Source: Deltaproteobacteria bacterium
Lineage (GTDB): Bacteria; Myxococcota; JACRCW01
Length of the DNA stretch: 49,691 nucleotides
Direction: 5' to 3'
Assembly: GCA_016218805.1 (NCBI GenBank)
Contig: JACRCW010000155.1
Coordinates: 1-49,691, forward strand
Each line of letters starts with the position of its first letter. Positions within the stretch are counted from its first letter, which is position 1. Positions 8,103 to 16,880 of the stretch are shown piece by piece. The position numbers were made by a program, and so were the translations under genes. Below the pieces are notes generated by a model. It was given only the letters and a program-made list of their open reading frames with translations. It had not been told where the DNA came from and did no database searches.

Positions 8103-9673
8103 CACGGCACCAGCGCGCGGTCGGAGCGCGTCAGTGAGAGGAGGAAGACGCGAAGCGCGCGGCGTTCCTCGTCCGGAAGCGCGTTGTACGCATCGCGCGA
8201 CGCGGCCGCCTCGCCGCCGTGCAGGCGGATGGCCTCGTCTACCGTCGTCGCGCGTCCGTCGTGCAGGAAGGGCGCTGTATCGGCCAGGCCCCACAGCGGG
8301 CGCGTCAGGAACACGGTGGCCGGGATGTTTCCCTGCGGCCCCGGGGACGCAAGCGCCTCGCCCATGTCGTGCCGGCGCAGGTCGCTGAAGAGGGTGACGT
8401 TGTACGTGGGCGTCAGTGACGCGGAGGTGGGCTCCACCTTGGGGCGCTCCCCGTCCCGCGCCACGTCGACAAAGAGCGGCGGCGAAAGGCCCCGCCACGG
8501 GTCCGCCTCCGGGCGCACTTCCAGGACGGGATTCCGCAGTTCCAGGGACGGCACGTGGCACCCGGTGCAGCCGACTTCGCTGAGCACGTTGCGGCCGCGC
8601 GCGTGGGCAATGGCCAGCCCGGTGTCCTGCGGAATGCGGATGACCGGGACCTCCAACTGCGCCAGGTAGAACACCATGGTCGTCAGCATGCCGTCGTCAA
8701 GTTCGAGCGAGACGCCATCGCGGTCGGCATCGTATGCGTCGCCATCGCCGTAGAGCGCGGCGGGGAGGTCTCCGCGTTGCAGCGCCTGTTCGGCGCGCAC
8801 GGAGAGAATGCCCAGGTGGATGCGGAAGGATTCCTCCGCCATGGCGCGCAGCGTGGGGGAATGGCCCTTCCACCCGAACGGCTTCACGACGAGATCCGCG
8901 TCCACGCCACGCACGCCCGCCGTGTCCACCATGCCGTCCGCCGCCACGCTGATGGACCCGAACGACACACCCTTGCTGGTGAGCGCGTAGGTTCGCGCTG
9001 CGCCGGCGGCCACGGCGGCGTCACGCTGGGCCACCAGGTCCGCGGTCATCTCCTGCGCCAGCCGCTGCACGGCGCCCAGGCCCAGCAGGTGCGGTGGATT
9101 GCGCACGTCGGCGGAACGCGTCCGCCGTCCATCACCGCGGAGGAACGCGTTCTGCGTGGCGTGACCCGCGCCGTTGAGCCCGCCTTTGAAGTGGCACTCG
9201 GAGCAGCCCAGCGCGTCCGGCCCGCCAAACTCCCCCTGGTGCACGCGCCGCGCGTTGGGCGCGGCGTGCGGTCCCGCCAGCATCCCGTCACGCCCACCCA
9301 GTCCGTTGCCCAGCCCGTGCTCCGGGCGGAAGGACAGTTCAAACAGGTCATCCCCAAGCACAAACAGCGCCTCCGGGCCCAATCCAACGCGGTCCAACGC
9401 GCCCTGGTCGCGGATGGCGTGGAAGTACTGTTCGCCGGGCTCCTTCTGGTCCAGCCACACGTCCGCGTCCCGTCGCCAGCGCAGGTCCACCGCAAGGTCC
9501 ACCTGCCGGCGGATCTCCGCGTCGTCGGGCGGGTCCACCGCGTAGCCCAGCCACGCCTCGTCTGCGGACGTGAGCGCGCGCTGGATGGCGGCCGCAGTCA
9601 CAAGCTGGGGACCGCCGCCGGGAGCGGGCTGGCACCCCGCTCCAACAAGGAGCATCAGCGCGGCGGGGCGCAT
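8102..9673 (-). CDS. Di-haem oxidoreductase (DHOR-like) lipoprotein, copy A
   Basis: Lipobox GAGC. CSECH and CTGCH. RNPPHLLGLG, PFGWKG, FSDLRRHDMG, TRPLWG..PFLHDGRA, AIRLHGGEA. Confidence 0.87.
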   Translation of the reverse strand: MRPAALMLLVGAGCQPAPGGGPQLVTAAAIQRALTSADEAWLGYAVDPPDDAEIRRQVDLAVDLRWRRDADVWLDQKEPGEQYFHAIRDQGALDRVGLGPEALFVLGDDLFELSFRPEHGLGNGLGGRDGMLAGPHAAPNARRVHQGEFGGPDALGCSECHFKGGLNGAGHATQNAFLRGDGRRTRSADVRNPPHLLGLGAVQRLAQEMTADLVAQRDAAVAAGAARTYALTSKGVSFGSISVAADGMVDTAGVRGVDADLVVKPFGWKGHSPTLRAMAEESFRIHLGILSVRAEQALQRGDLPAALYGDGDAYDADRDGVSLELDDGMLTTMVFYLAQLEVPVIRIPQDTGLAIAHARGRNVLSEVGCTGCHVPSLELRNPVLEVRPEADPWRGLSPPLFVDVARDGERPKVEPTSASLTPTYNVTLFSDLRRHDMGEALASPGPQGNIPATVFLTRPLWGLADTAPFLHDGRATTVDEAIRLHGGEAAASRDAYNALPDEERRALRVFLLSLTRSDRALVP

Positions 9674-9680
9674 CGGCGCG

Positions 9681-12521
9681 TCATGGCAGGCAGCAAGAGA
9701 CGTTGTAGATGCTGTCGCGGCAGAAGTTCCCGCCGGCGCCCGTCACCGTCATTCCCGTGATGGTGCCCGCCGCGCGGTCGGCCACGGCGACAAAATACCC
9801 CGAGTGCCCCTGGTCACCCGTGGGATACGTCCACGGTGCTTGCCCGTCGTTGTTGTTGCCGCAGTAGTAGTCGGCGCCGGTGGGGTAGGTGGCTCCGCCC
9901 AACGTCAACGTCGTGGAAACGTGGATCCACCACCGGTCCACCTGCGCGAACCCGGTGTCCACCGGGTCCACCAGGTCACCGCGCGTCTCCGCGTTCACCA
10001 TGTCCGGGTAGGTGCACACGTCCGTGGACGCGCCAAAGTACTGCCGGCAGGTGCTCACCGCGCCGGGCAGCCCCACGACGCCACCGTAGGACCAACGCCC
10101 ATTCTGCCGCGGCAGGCTCCCCACGTAGCTCTGCGTGCTGGGTGCGCACAGGCCCAGGTAACACTCCTCGCCCAGGATGCACGCGTCCCCTGCGTTCTCT
10201 CCCGCGCAGTTGAGCCGCGCGCCGCAGTACGTGCGGTCCATGGACGGGTCCACGCACCGCCCGCCACACAGGATGAACCCCACGTCGCACGTCGCCTGGC
10301 ACAGCCCGTCGGAGCAGTAGGAACCCGTCGCGCACGTCGTGCCGTCGTTGGCGCCGGTGCAATCCAGCTGCGCGCCGCAGTACGTGTTGTCGCTGTACGG
10401 GTCGATGCAGCGGTTGCCACACTTCACCAGCGGCGGGATGCACAGCACGGAGCATTCGCCGTTGCCGTTGCACGCGGTGTTGCCTGTGCACGCACTCCCT
10501 GCGGACCCCACGCCGCTGATGCCGCAGCCCGGCGTGGCGCCGCAGTGCGCGTTGTCCACAGCGGGGTCCACGCACGTGTTCCCGCACGCAAACGTCCCCG
10601 GCGGGCACACCAGCGTGCAAACGCGGTTCACGCAATGTTGGAAGTTGGCGGTGTCACACTGCTGGCCCGCGCTGCCCACGCCGTCAAACCCGCACTCCAG
10701 TGTCGCGCCGCAGAACCTGTCGTCGTTGGTGGGGTCAATGCACGTGGTGCCGCACACCACGCCCGGTGCCGGGCAGGCCACGCAGGTTCCGTCAATGCAG
10801 TACTCCGCGCCGGTGCACGCGTCCCCTGCGTCCACGCCGGTGCAGCTGGCGGAGGCGCCGCAGTAACGCTCGTCCCGCGCGGGGTTGATGCACTGGTGGT
10901 TGCAGTTGACGTCGGTGGCGTTGGGGCAGGCCGTGCAGGTGCCGGAGGTGCAGATCTCGTTGGACGTGCAGGCGGCACCGGCGTTGGCCCCGGCGCAATC
11001 CGCGGTGGCGCCGCAGAAGTCATCATTGGCGCGCGGGTCCACACACGTGCGGTCACACGTGAGGAACGGCGCTCCGCAGGTCACGCACTGGCCGCCCACG
11101 CACTGCTGGCTGGCCCCGCACTCGGTCCCCGCCGCGCTGCCAAAGCACCCCGGGAGCGCTCCGCAATGGTCGTGGCTCGTCGTGGGATCTGTGCACGCGC
11201 CGTCACACAGTACGGTGCCGGACGGGCAGGGCGCGCAGGTGCCGGCGGTGCAGGCCGCGTTGGTCCCGCACGCGTCGCCGGCGTTGCCGCCCAGGCAGTC
11301 GCCTTGTGCGCCGCAGAACCGCTCGTCAGCCAACGGGTCAATGCAGTAGCCGCCGCACGCCACCTCCCCGGAGGGGCACGGCGCGCACACGCCCGCCTGG
11401 CAGGCCTCCACGGACGTGCACTGGTCTCCCTGGCTCGCGCTGCAGTCCGCCCCGGCGCCGCAGAACCGCGGGTCTGACTGCGGGTTGATGCATTCGGAGG
11501 GCAGCGGCACCGTCGACGGCGCACCACCCACGCCACACCCGATCCGTGCGCCCGTGCCGGCGGCGTCCTCAAAGAGGACGATGGCGCGGCCGGTCATGTC
11601 CGCCGTGCCGTAGCCGCCCGTCACCGTGAGCGCGCCCGCCCCGCTGGAGTCCACAAACAGCACGCCAATGGACTGGTAGGCCGCCCCCACGTTGGACGCG
11701 TCCGGCCCGCTGCAATCCCCGGAGGCGTGCGCGCGGACCAGGTGCTGACCCTGGGATGCACCGACGACGGTGATGACCGCCTGCGTGCTGCTGGTGCCCT
11801 GCTCAATGAACCGCGCGGAGCCCTGCAGCAGAGACCCGCTCTTGGCCTGGAACGTCGCTGTCACCGCGTTGGCAAAACCGCCCCCGCACGTCACCAGCCC
11901 GGCCTGGCAGCTTGTGGAGCAGCCGCCGTTTCCGTCACACACCTCACCGCCGGTGCAGGTCCGTCCGGCGTTGGTGCCCTGGCAATCCGCGCGGGCGCCG
12001 CAGAACTGCGACGACACCGTGGGATCCACGCACACCGGCGTGCTGGTGACCGGGTCCGTGCATGCCACCAGGCCGCGCGGGCATGAGAACGTGCAGTACC
12101 CGTCCATGCAGGCCTTGTTGCCCACGCACTGGGTGCCCGCGTTGGTTCCCTGGCAATTGAGACGCGCGCCGCAAAAGTCCGGGTCGGAAAGCGGATCCAC
12201 GCAGCGCGCGTCACACGCAATGAGGCCCGCGCCGCACGTCAGCGACGACGATTGCGTGCTGCTGGAGGTTCCCCCGCCCACCGACGAGCTCCGTGATGCG
12301 TTGCCGCCCCCGCTGCTGCCGGCGCGACTGCTGCCGCCCGACGTGCCACTGCTGCCGCCCGACGTGGCACCCGACGAACTGCCCGCCTGCCCGCTGCTGC
12401 TGGAACCCGTGTTGCCGGACCCGCCGCTGGAGGCGCCTTCGTCCGAGGAACTGCTTGCACCGGTACAGCCCACCAGGCCCACCAGGCCAACCACGGCCAG
12501 TCCGCGACCGATCGAACGCAT
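9681..12521 (-). CDS. Cysteine-rich repeat lipoprotein (Stig1/MXAN_6577-like repeats) with a degenerate Cu/Zn-SOD-like insert and a Trp-rich C-terminal domain
   Basis: ATG 12521 after GAGG. Lipobox LVGC. Ser/Gly linker. About 11 CxxxC(V/I)DPxxDxxFCG repeats. SOD-like segment 11525-11877. C-terminal domain ends SCCLP. Confidence 0.85.
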   Translation of the reverse strand: MRSIGRGLAVVGLVGLVGCTGASSSSDEGASSGGSGNTGSSSSGQAGSSSGATSGGSSGTSGGSSRAGSSGGGNASRSSSVGGGTSSSTQSSSLTCGAGLIACDARCVDPLSDPDFCGARLNCQGTNAGTQCVGNKACMDGYCTFSCPRGLVACTDPVTSTPVCVDPTVSSQFCGARADCQGTNAGRTCTGGEVCDGNGGCSTSCQAGLVTCGGGFANAVTATFQAKSGSLLQGSARFIEQGTSSTQAVITVVGASQGQHLVRAHASGDCSGPDASNVGAAYQSIGVLFVDSSGAGALTVTGGYGTADMTGRAIVLFEDAAGTGARIGCGVGGAPSTVPLPSECINPQSDPRFCGAGADCSASQGDQCTSVEACQAGVCAPCPSGEVACGGYCIDPLADERFCGAQGDCLGGNAGDACGTNAACTAGTCAPCPSGTVLCDGACTDPTTSHDHCGALPGCFGSAAGTECGASQQCVGGQCVTCGAPFLTCDRTCVDPRANDDFCGATADCAGANAGAACTSNEICTSGTCTACPNATDVNCNHQCINPARDERYCGASASCTGVDAGDACTGAEYCIDGTCVACPAPGVVCGTTCIDPTNDDRFCGATLECGFDGVGSAGQQCDTANFQHCVNRVCTLVCPPGTFACGNTCVDPAVDNAHCGATPGCGISGVGSAGSACTGNTACNGNGECSVLCIPPLVKCGNRCIDPYSDNTYCGAQLDCTGANDGTTCATGSYCSDGLCQATCDVGFILCGGRCVDPSMDRTYCGARLNCAGENAGDACILGEECYLGLCAPSTQSYVGSLPRQNGRWSYGGVVGLPGAVSTCRQYFGASTDVCTYPDMVNAETRGDLVDPVDTGFAQVDRWWIHVSTTLTLGGATYPTGADYYCGNNNDGQAPWTYPTGDQGHSGYFVAVADRAAGTITGMTVTGAGGNFCRDSIYNVSCCLP

Positions 12522-12628
12522 TGCACACCTCGAGGATGAGCCCAGGCACGCCAGCCTGCGGCAGAACGCCGCCAGCGTGCGGATTATCGCGGCCAATTGT
12601 CAATGTAGGTGAGCGTAAGTGCGAAAAA

Positions 12629-13534
12629 TCAGAGTAACAGAGACGCAACAACTGCGCTCAGGCCTGCGGCAACAGTGACCACGCCCAGGAGCAGGCCCGC
12701 TCCGGCGGCCGCGGCGCCCACCCAGACGCCGGCCTGAAGCGGGACCCGGTAGAAGTCCGTACCCGGGACGAACCACACGACGGAATAGATGGCCGCCACG
12801 GCGCCTGCGGACGCCGCGGCCAGCGCCAAGGGCCCGGCCGCACCGACGAGCGCGAGGGCGCCGGCGCTCCGGGTCAACCACGCGGCGGCACGCGAAGGGG
12901 CGGGTTCAGCGGGGGCCGGAGCGGGGGTGGCGGCCGGTGCGGGTGCGGGGGTGACGACGGGCGCGGGCGGCTCCGGGGCCGGCTCGGGGAGCGTTGCCGG
13001 GGTGGCGGCAAGCGGCTCCAGGCTCACGCGCACCTCGCCGCGCTGCCCCTTGTCCACGACGACGGTTTCCTGGTGGACGTGGTAGCCCTGCTTCTCCACC
13101 TTCAGCGGGTAGCCGCCCGGTTCCAGCCACGCCTTGACGGGCCAGCGACGGAAGCGCCGGCCGGCCAGTTCCACGCTGTCGGGCTCGGGGGTGACGGTGA
13201 CGACGACCTTCCCCCACTTCCTCATGTTGGACGCGAGCTCCTTGAGCTTGCGGCGGACCTGCGGGGCCTTCTCGTGCAGCGGGTACTGGCGGAGGAAGGC
13301 CTCGTAGTGCAGTTGTGCGTCGTCAAACCGGTTCAGGTTCTCATTGGCCAGCGCCATGTTCAGGCGGACCTTGGGGTCCGGGAACAGCTCCCAGGCGCGC
13401 TCAAAGGCCACCAGCGCGGCCTCGTAGTCATGCACCCTGTACGCGGCGATGGCCTCCTTGTTGTATTGGCGCGCCGCCTCGTCGGGGCCGGCGGCGGCCA
13501 GGCACGCCACGACGAGGAGGGCGCCGGGCATCAC
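12629..13534 (-). CDS. TPR + PEGA domain protein with C-terminal membrane segments
   Basis: Signal peptide. TPR helices (YEAALVAFERAWELFPDPKVRLNMA). PEGA (LEPGGYPLKVEKQGY). Pro/Ala linker. Hydrophobic C-terminus. Start (GTG 13534 or ATG 13531) overlaps the kinase stop. Confidence 0.85.
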   Translation of the reverse strand: MMPGALLVVACLAAAGPDEAARQYNKEAIAAYRVHDYEAALVAFERAWELFPDPKVRLNMALANENLNRFDDAQLHYEAFLRQYPLHEKAPQVRRKLKELASNMRKWGKVVVTVTPEPDSVELAGRRFRRWPVKAWLEPGGYPLKVEKQGYHVHQETVVVDKGQRGEVRVSLEPLAATPATLPEPAPEPPAPVVTPAPAPAATPAPAPAEPAPSRAAAWLTRSAGALALVGAAGPLALAAASAGAVAAIYSVVWFVPGTDFYRVPLQAGVWVGAAAAGAGLLLGVVTVAAGLSAVVASLLL

Positions 13535-15090
13535 AGCTCCTCCGGCTGCAATTCCCCGGAGGGCTCCGGGGTCCGCGGCGTCCGCGGGGCCCTTTTGCGC
13601 GCGGGTGGCGCGGCCTTGGCGGGGGCCGGTTGCTGCGGTTGCACCACCGGCACGGGGGTGAGCACCAGTTCCACGTCGTGGTCGTGGTCGGGCGTGAGCT
13701 CCCGCATGGCGGGCTGGTGACCCTCCCGCACGGCGCGCAGCGTCACAGGCCCGCCACCGCGCGGCAGCGTGCGGGTGACGGGCGCGGGGCCCCAGGACGC
13801 ATTGTCCACGGTGATGAGCGCGCCCGGCGGGTTGGAGCGCACGGAGATGGCCACCGTGGTGGGTGCCGGCGGCGGCGGCGGCAGTGGTGCGGGCGCGGTG
13901 ACGACGGACGGCTCCGCGGCGGGCGGACCGCGCCCCAGGGCCCAGGCCCCTGCGGCAAGCACCAGCACCACCAGCGCTGCGCCCCCGGCCAGGAGGGGAA
14001 GCGCGGGCTTGTGGGCGGGCGCCGGGGCCAGCGCCGTGAGGTCCGGCGTGATGCGCATCGTCGGGCCGTCGTCGGTGGGAACGGGTGCGGCCGGCTGCCC
14101 GCTGGTCCCCATGGCCACAAAGTCCTCCGTCCGCAGCGCCAGCAGCGCCGGGTCGGAAAGGTTAACCGGCGAAGGCACCAGCTGCTGGATCACGGAGATG
14201 GCGTGCAGCGCGTTGACGGGACGGTCGTCCCGGTTCTTGGCCAGCAGCCGGTCCAGGGCCTTCTGCACGTCCGGCATCCCCGCGAGATCCGGCCGCAGCT
14301 GCGCCACCGGGGTGGGCATGGCCTGCATCTGCTTCATGGCCAGGCCCATGGGCGTGTCCGCGCGGAAGGCGGCGCGCGCGGTGAGCATCTCGTAGAAGAC
14401 AATCCCCAGCGAGTAGATGTCCGTCCGCCCGTCGAGCGGAATCTCCTGCAGCTGCTCGGGTGACATGTACGCGGGCGTGCCCAGCACCACGCCGGTCTGG
14501 GTCAGCTTCATGGATTCGCCGTCCAGCTGCGTGACGTGCGCAATGCCAAAGTCCATGACCTTGGCGGTCTCCGGCTCGTCAGGTGCCTGGTGCAGGAAGA
14601 TGTTGGCCGGCTTGATGTCCCGGTGGATCATCCCCTGCTGGTGGGCCACGTGCAGCGCCTTGAGCGCCTGCGTGGCAATGCCCACCGCGCGCGGCAGGGC
14701 CAGCGGCTTGCCGCGCCGCAGCTCCTGGCGCAGGTCATGCCCGCGCAGCATCTCCATCACCAGGAACGGCATCCCGTCCGACGACACGCCGCTGTCATAC
14801 ACGCGGATGATGTTGGGGTGTTCCAGCCGCGCGGTGACGCGGGCCTCGCGCATGAAGCGCTGGACCACGCCGTCATCCCGCGTGTTGATGATCTTCACCG
14901 CCACCCCGCGGTCCGCGGCCAGCTGGCGCGCGCGGTACACCACGCCCATGCCGCCGCGTCCCAGCACGCCCTCCAGCGCGTAGCGTCCGTCAATGACGGC
15001 CGGCGCGGTGGGCTCCTGGCAGGTCGGACATATCTCCGCCGGCGTGCGCTGCTCGCAGCGTGGACACAACCGCTGCGTCGGGTCGGTCAT
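13531..15090 (-). CDS. Hanks-type Ser/Thr protein kinase with N-terminal Zn ribbon, one TM helix and a PEGA domain
   Basis: CPRC..CPTC, GRGGMG, VAVK, HRDIKPAN, DFG, GTPAYMSPE, TM segment, VRSNPPGA. Start at ATG 15090. Confidence 0.95.
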   Translation of the reverse strand: MTDPTQRLCPRCEQRTPAEICPTCQEPTAPAVIDGRYALEGVLGRGGMGVVYRARQLAADRGVAVKIINTRDDGVVQRFMREARVTARLEHPNIIRVYDSGVSSDGMPFLVMEMLRGHDLRQELRRGKPLALPRAVGIATQALKALHVAHQQGMIHRDIKPANIFLHQAPDEPETAKVMDFGIAHVTQLDGESMKLTQTGVVLGTPAYMSPEQLQEIPLDGRTDIYSLGIVFYEMLTARAAFRADTPMGLAMKQMQAMPTPVAQLRPDLAGMPDVQKALDRLLAKNRDDRPVNALHAISVIQQLVPSPVNLSDPALLALRTEDFVAMGTSGQPAAPVPTDDGPTMRITPDLTALAPAPAHKPALPLLAGGAALVVLVLAAGAWALGRGPPAAEPSVVTAPAPLPPPPPAPTTVAISVRSNPPGALITVDNASWGPAPVTRTLPRGGGPVTLRAVREGHQPAMRELTPDHDHDVELVLTPVPVVQPQQPAPAKAAPPARKRAPRTPRTPEPSGELQPEEL

Positions 15091-15096
15091 GGCGGG

Positions 15097-15102
15097 AGCA
15101 TA
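15097..15102 (-). promoter_or_regulatory. Possible -10 box of a leaderless kinase transcript
   Basis: TATGCT lies 6 nt upstream of ATG 15090, with no Shine-Dalgarno sequence. Confidence 0.45.
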
Positions 15103-15129
15103 GGCGCACCGCCGGCAGCGGGCCAAACC

Positions 15130-16179
15130 TCAGCTGAAGCGGCCTTCCAGCCAGTCACGCAGCGGCTTCTCCGTCCTCACCAGCCGCATGGCCCACTCCG
15201 CGTGCCCGGGCGCAAACCCCACGCCAATGAGGCATTCCACGTCGCGGGCCAGGCCTTCGGCGCCCAGCGCCACCGCCTGGAAGCTGGTGGCCATGTTGAA
15301 GAAGTACGCACGGCCGCCCTGGCGCGCCGCCAGCACCGTGGCCATCTCCGTGCCGGGGACGTTGACGGTGTTGATCACCAGGTCACACATGGCGCCGCCG
15401 GTGGCCTTCTCCACCGCCTTGTGCACATCCAGCGGTTTCTTGGCGTCCACCACAATGGCGTCATGCGCGTAGCCCATCCGCGCGGCGGCCTGCGGTCCGT
15501 CCGGAAACGCGTCCACCGCCAGCAGCCGCCCGCTGCCCGCCAGGCTGTGCTTGGCCTGCGCCAGGCACAACATGCCGCTCTTACCCGCACCCAGTACCGC
15601 CACCGTCATGCCCGGGCGAACCAACCGCGCCACCTGCGCCGGCGCTCCGCACACGTCCAGAATGGCCAGCGCCAGCCGGTCCGGCAGGCTGCCGTCCAGG
15701 CGCGCGCCAATGCCGGACTCAAACAGGATGGCGTGCCCGGTCACATCCACCTGATCCTTGCCCAGGTGCACCTTGCGGATCTCCTGCAGGGACAGCGGCG
15801 TCAGGGTCAGGCTCACCAGCGTGGCAATGCGGTCACCCGGTTCAGCGTGGACGGGGCCGTGGTAGCGCGGACCCTTGGCGCGCAGCTTTCCAATGAGCAT
15901 GCCGCCGCTCTGCGTGACGGGATTGTGCATCTTGCCGCGCTTCCCCACGATGTCCGTGATGCGCTGGGCAATGCCCGCGGGATCGCTCTTGGCGTCAAGC
16001 GACAGCTGGTGGAAGCTGGCCGCGTCAATGTTGAGCGTGTCCACGTCGAGGACCAGCTCGTTGTCCCAGGCGGGCAGGGACGCGTCCAGCACGTCCGCCT
16101 GCTGGGGCAATACGCCCGCCGGGGAAACCACGCGGTGGATGCCAAACACGTGCCCGCCGGTGCGGAAGGAATCGCTCAT
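15130..16179 (-). CDS. kdd: L-erythro-3,5-diaminohexanoate dehydrogenase
   Basis: GIHRVVSPAGVLPQQA, LNIDAASF, GKMHNPVTQSGGMLIG, GDRIATLVSLTLTPL, LDVCGAPAQ, GAGKSG. GGAGG RBS. Confidence 0.88.
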   Translation of the reverse strand: MSDSFRTGGHVFGIHRVVSPAGVLPQQADVLDASLPAWDNELVLDVDTLNIDAASFHQLSLDAKSDPAGIAQRITDIVGKRGKMHNPVTQSGGMLIGKLRAKGPRYHGPVHAEPGDRIATLVSLTLTPLSLQEIRKVHLGKDQVDVTGHAILFESGIGARLDGSLPDRLALAILDVCGAPAQVARLVRPGMTVAVLGAGKSGMLCLAQAKHSLAGSGRLLAVDAFPDGPQAAARMGYAHDAIVVDAKKPLDVHKAVEKATGGAMCDLVINTVNVPGTEMATVLAARQGGRAYFFNMATSFQAVALGAEGLARDVECLIGVGFAPGHAEWAMRLVRTEKPLRDWLEGRFS

Positions 16180-16263
16180 GGGTGGACCTCCAACCTGCGT
16201 GTACGACGACGGGCCAGGTCATGGCGAGTGACATGCCGGCCCGCACCCGGCTATCTGCAGTGA

Positions 16264-16731
16264 ATGGTCATCTACGACCTTGGTTGCCGCGACGGACACC
16301 GCTTTGAGGGCTGGTTCCAGGACCTCGCGGCCTTCCAGGCCCAGCACAAGGACCGCCAGCTTGAGTGTCCCTCCTGCGGGTCACATGACGTGGAGCGCCT
16401 GCTGACCGGCAGCGCCATCCGCCGCTCCGCCGCGGACAAGGCCGGCACGCCGGACACGCCGCGCCCGGCGGTGGCGGAACCCGCCGGCGGCGGCGAGACC
16501 GTGCACCTGTCACCCGCGCAGGTCCGCGAAGCGCTGGGGACCCTGGCGGCGCACCTGCGCGCCAACAGCGACGACGTGGGTGAGCGCTTCTACACGGAGG
16601 CGCGCCGCATCCACCTGGGGCTCGCCCCCGAACGCGCGATCCGCGGCACCACGACGGACGAGGAGGAGCGGAAGCTGGTGGAGGAGGAGATTCCGTTCCT
16701 CAAGATCCCGGTGCCCGCGCAGGATGATTGA
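16264..16731 (+). CDS. DUF1178 family protein
   Basis: MVIYDLGCRDGHRFEGWF, CPSCGS, DVGERFYTEARRIH, ERAIRG. Confidence 0.9.
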   Translation: MVIYDLGCRDGHRFEGWFQDLAAFQAQHKDRQLECPSCGSHDVERLLTGSAIRRSAADKAGTPDTPRPAVAEPAGGGETVHLSPAQVREALGTLAAHLRANSDDVGERFYTEARRIHLGLAPERAIRGTTTDEEERKLVEEEIPFLKIPVPAQDD

Positions 16732-16796
16732 ACGGCGCCAGCGCGCGCCGCGCGGCGCCGGGTGGCGCCGGCATCCCACACGCCCGGTCGTTTCCG

Positions 16797-16824
16797 TTGA
16801 GTGAACTCCGGGTGGGTCTATACT
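16797..16824 (+). promoter_or_regulatory. Sigma70-type promoter for the giant gene
   Basis: TTGAGT-16 nt-TATACT, about 57 nt upstream of ATG 16881. Confidence 0.55.
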
Positions 16825-16880
16825 GCCCGGCCGGTTCCGTGCCCGTCGGGGGCGCGGACGATCCGGCGGGCCAGGCGAGG

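Noticed and set aside
8103..8561. N-terminal extension of DHOR copy B
   Set aside because: It overlaps copy A. The coupled ATG at 8102 gives a proper lipoprotein signal.
9570..11477. 635-aa plus-strand ORF
   Set aside because: Antisense shadow of the Cys-rich gene, with no motifs.
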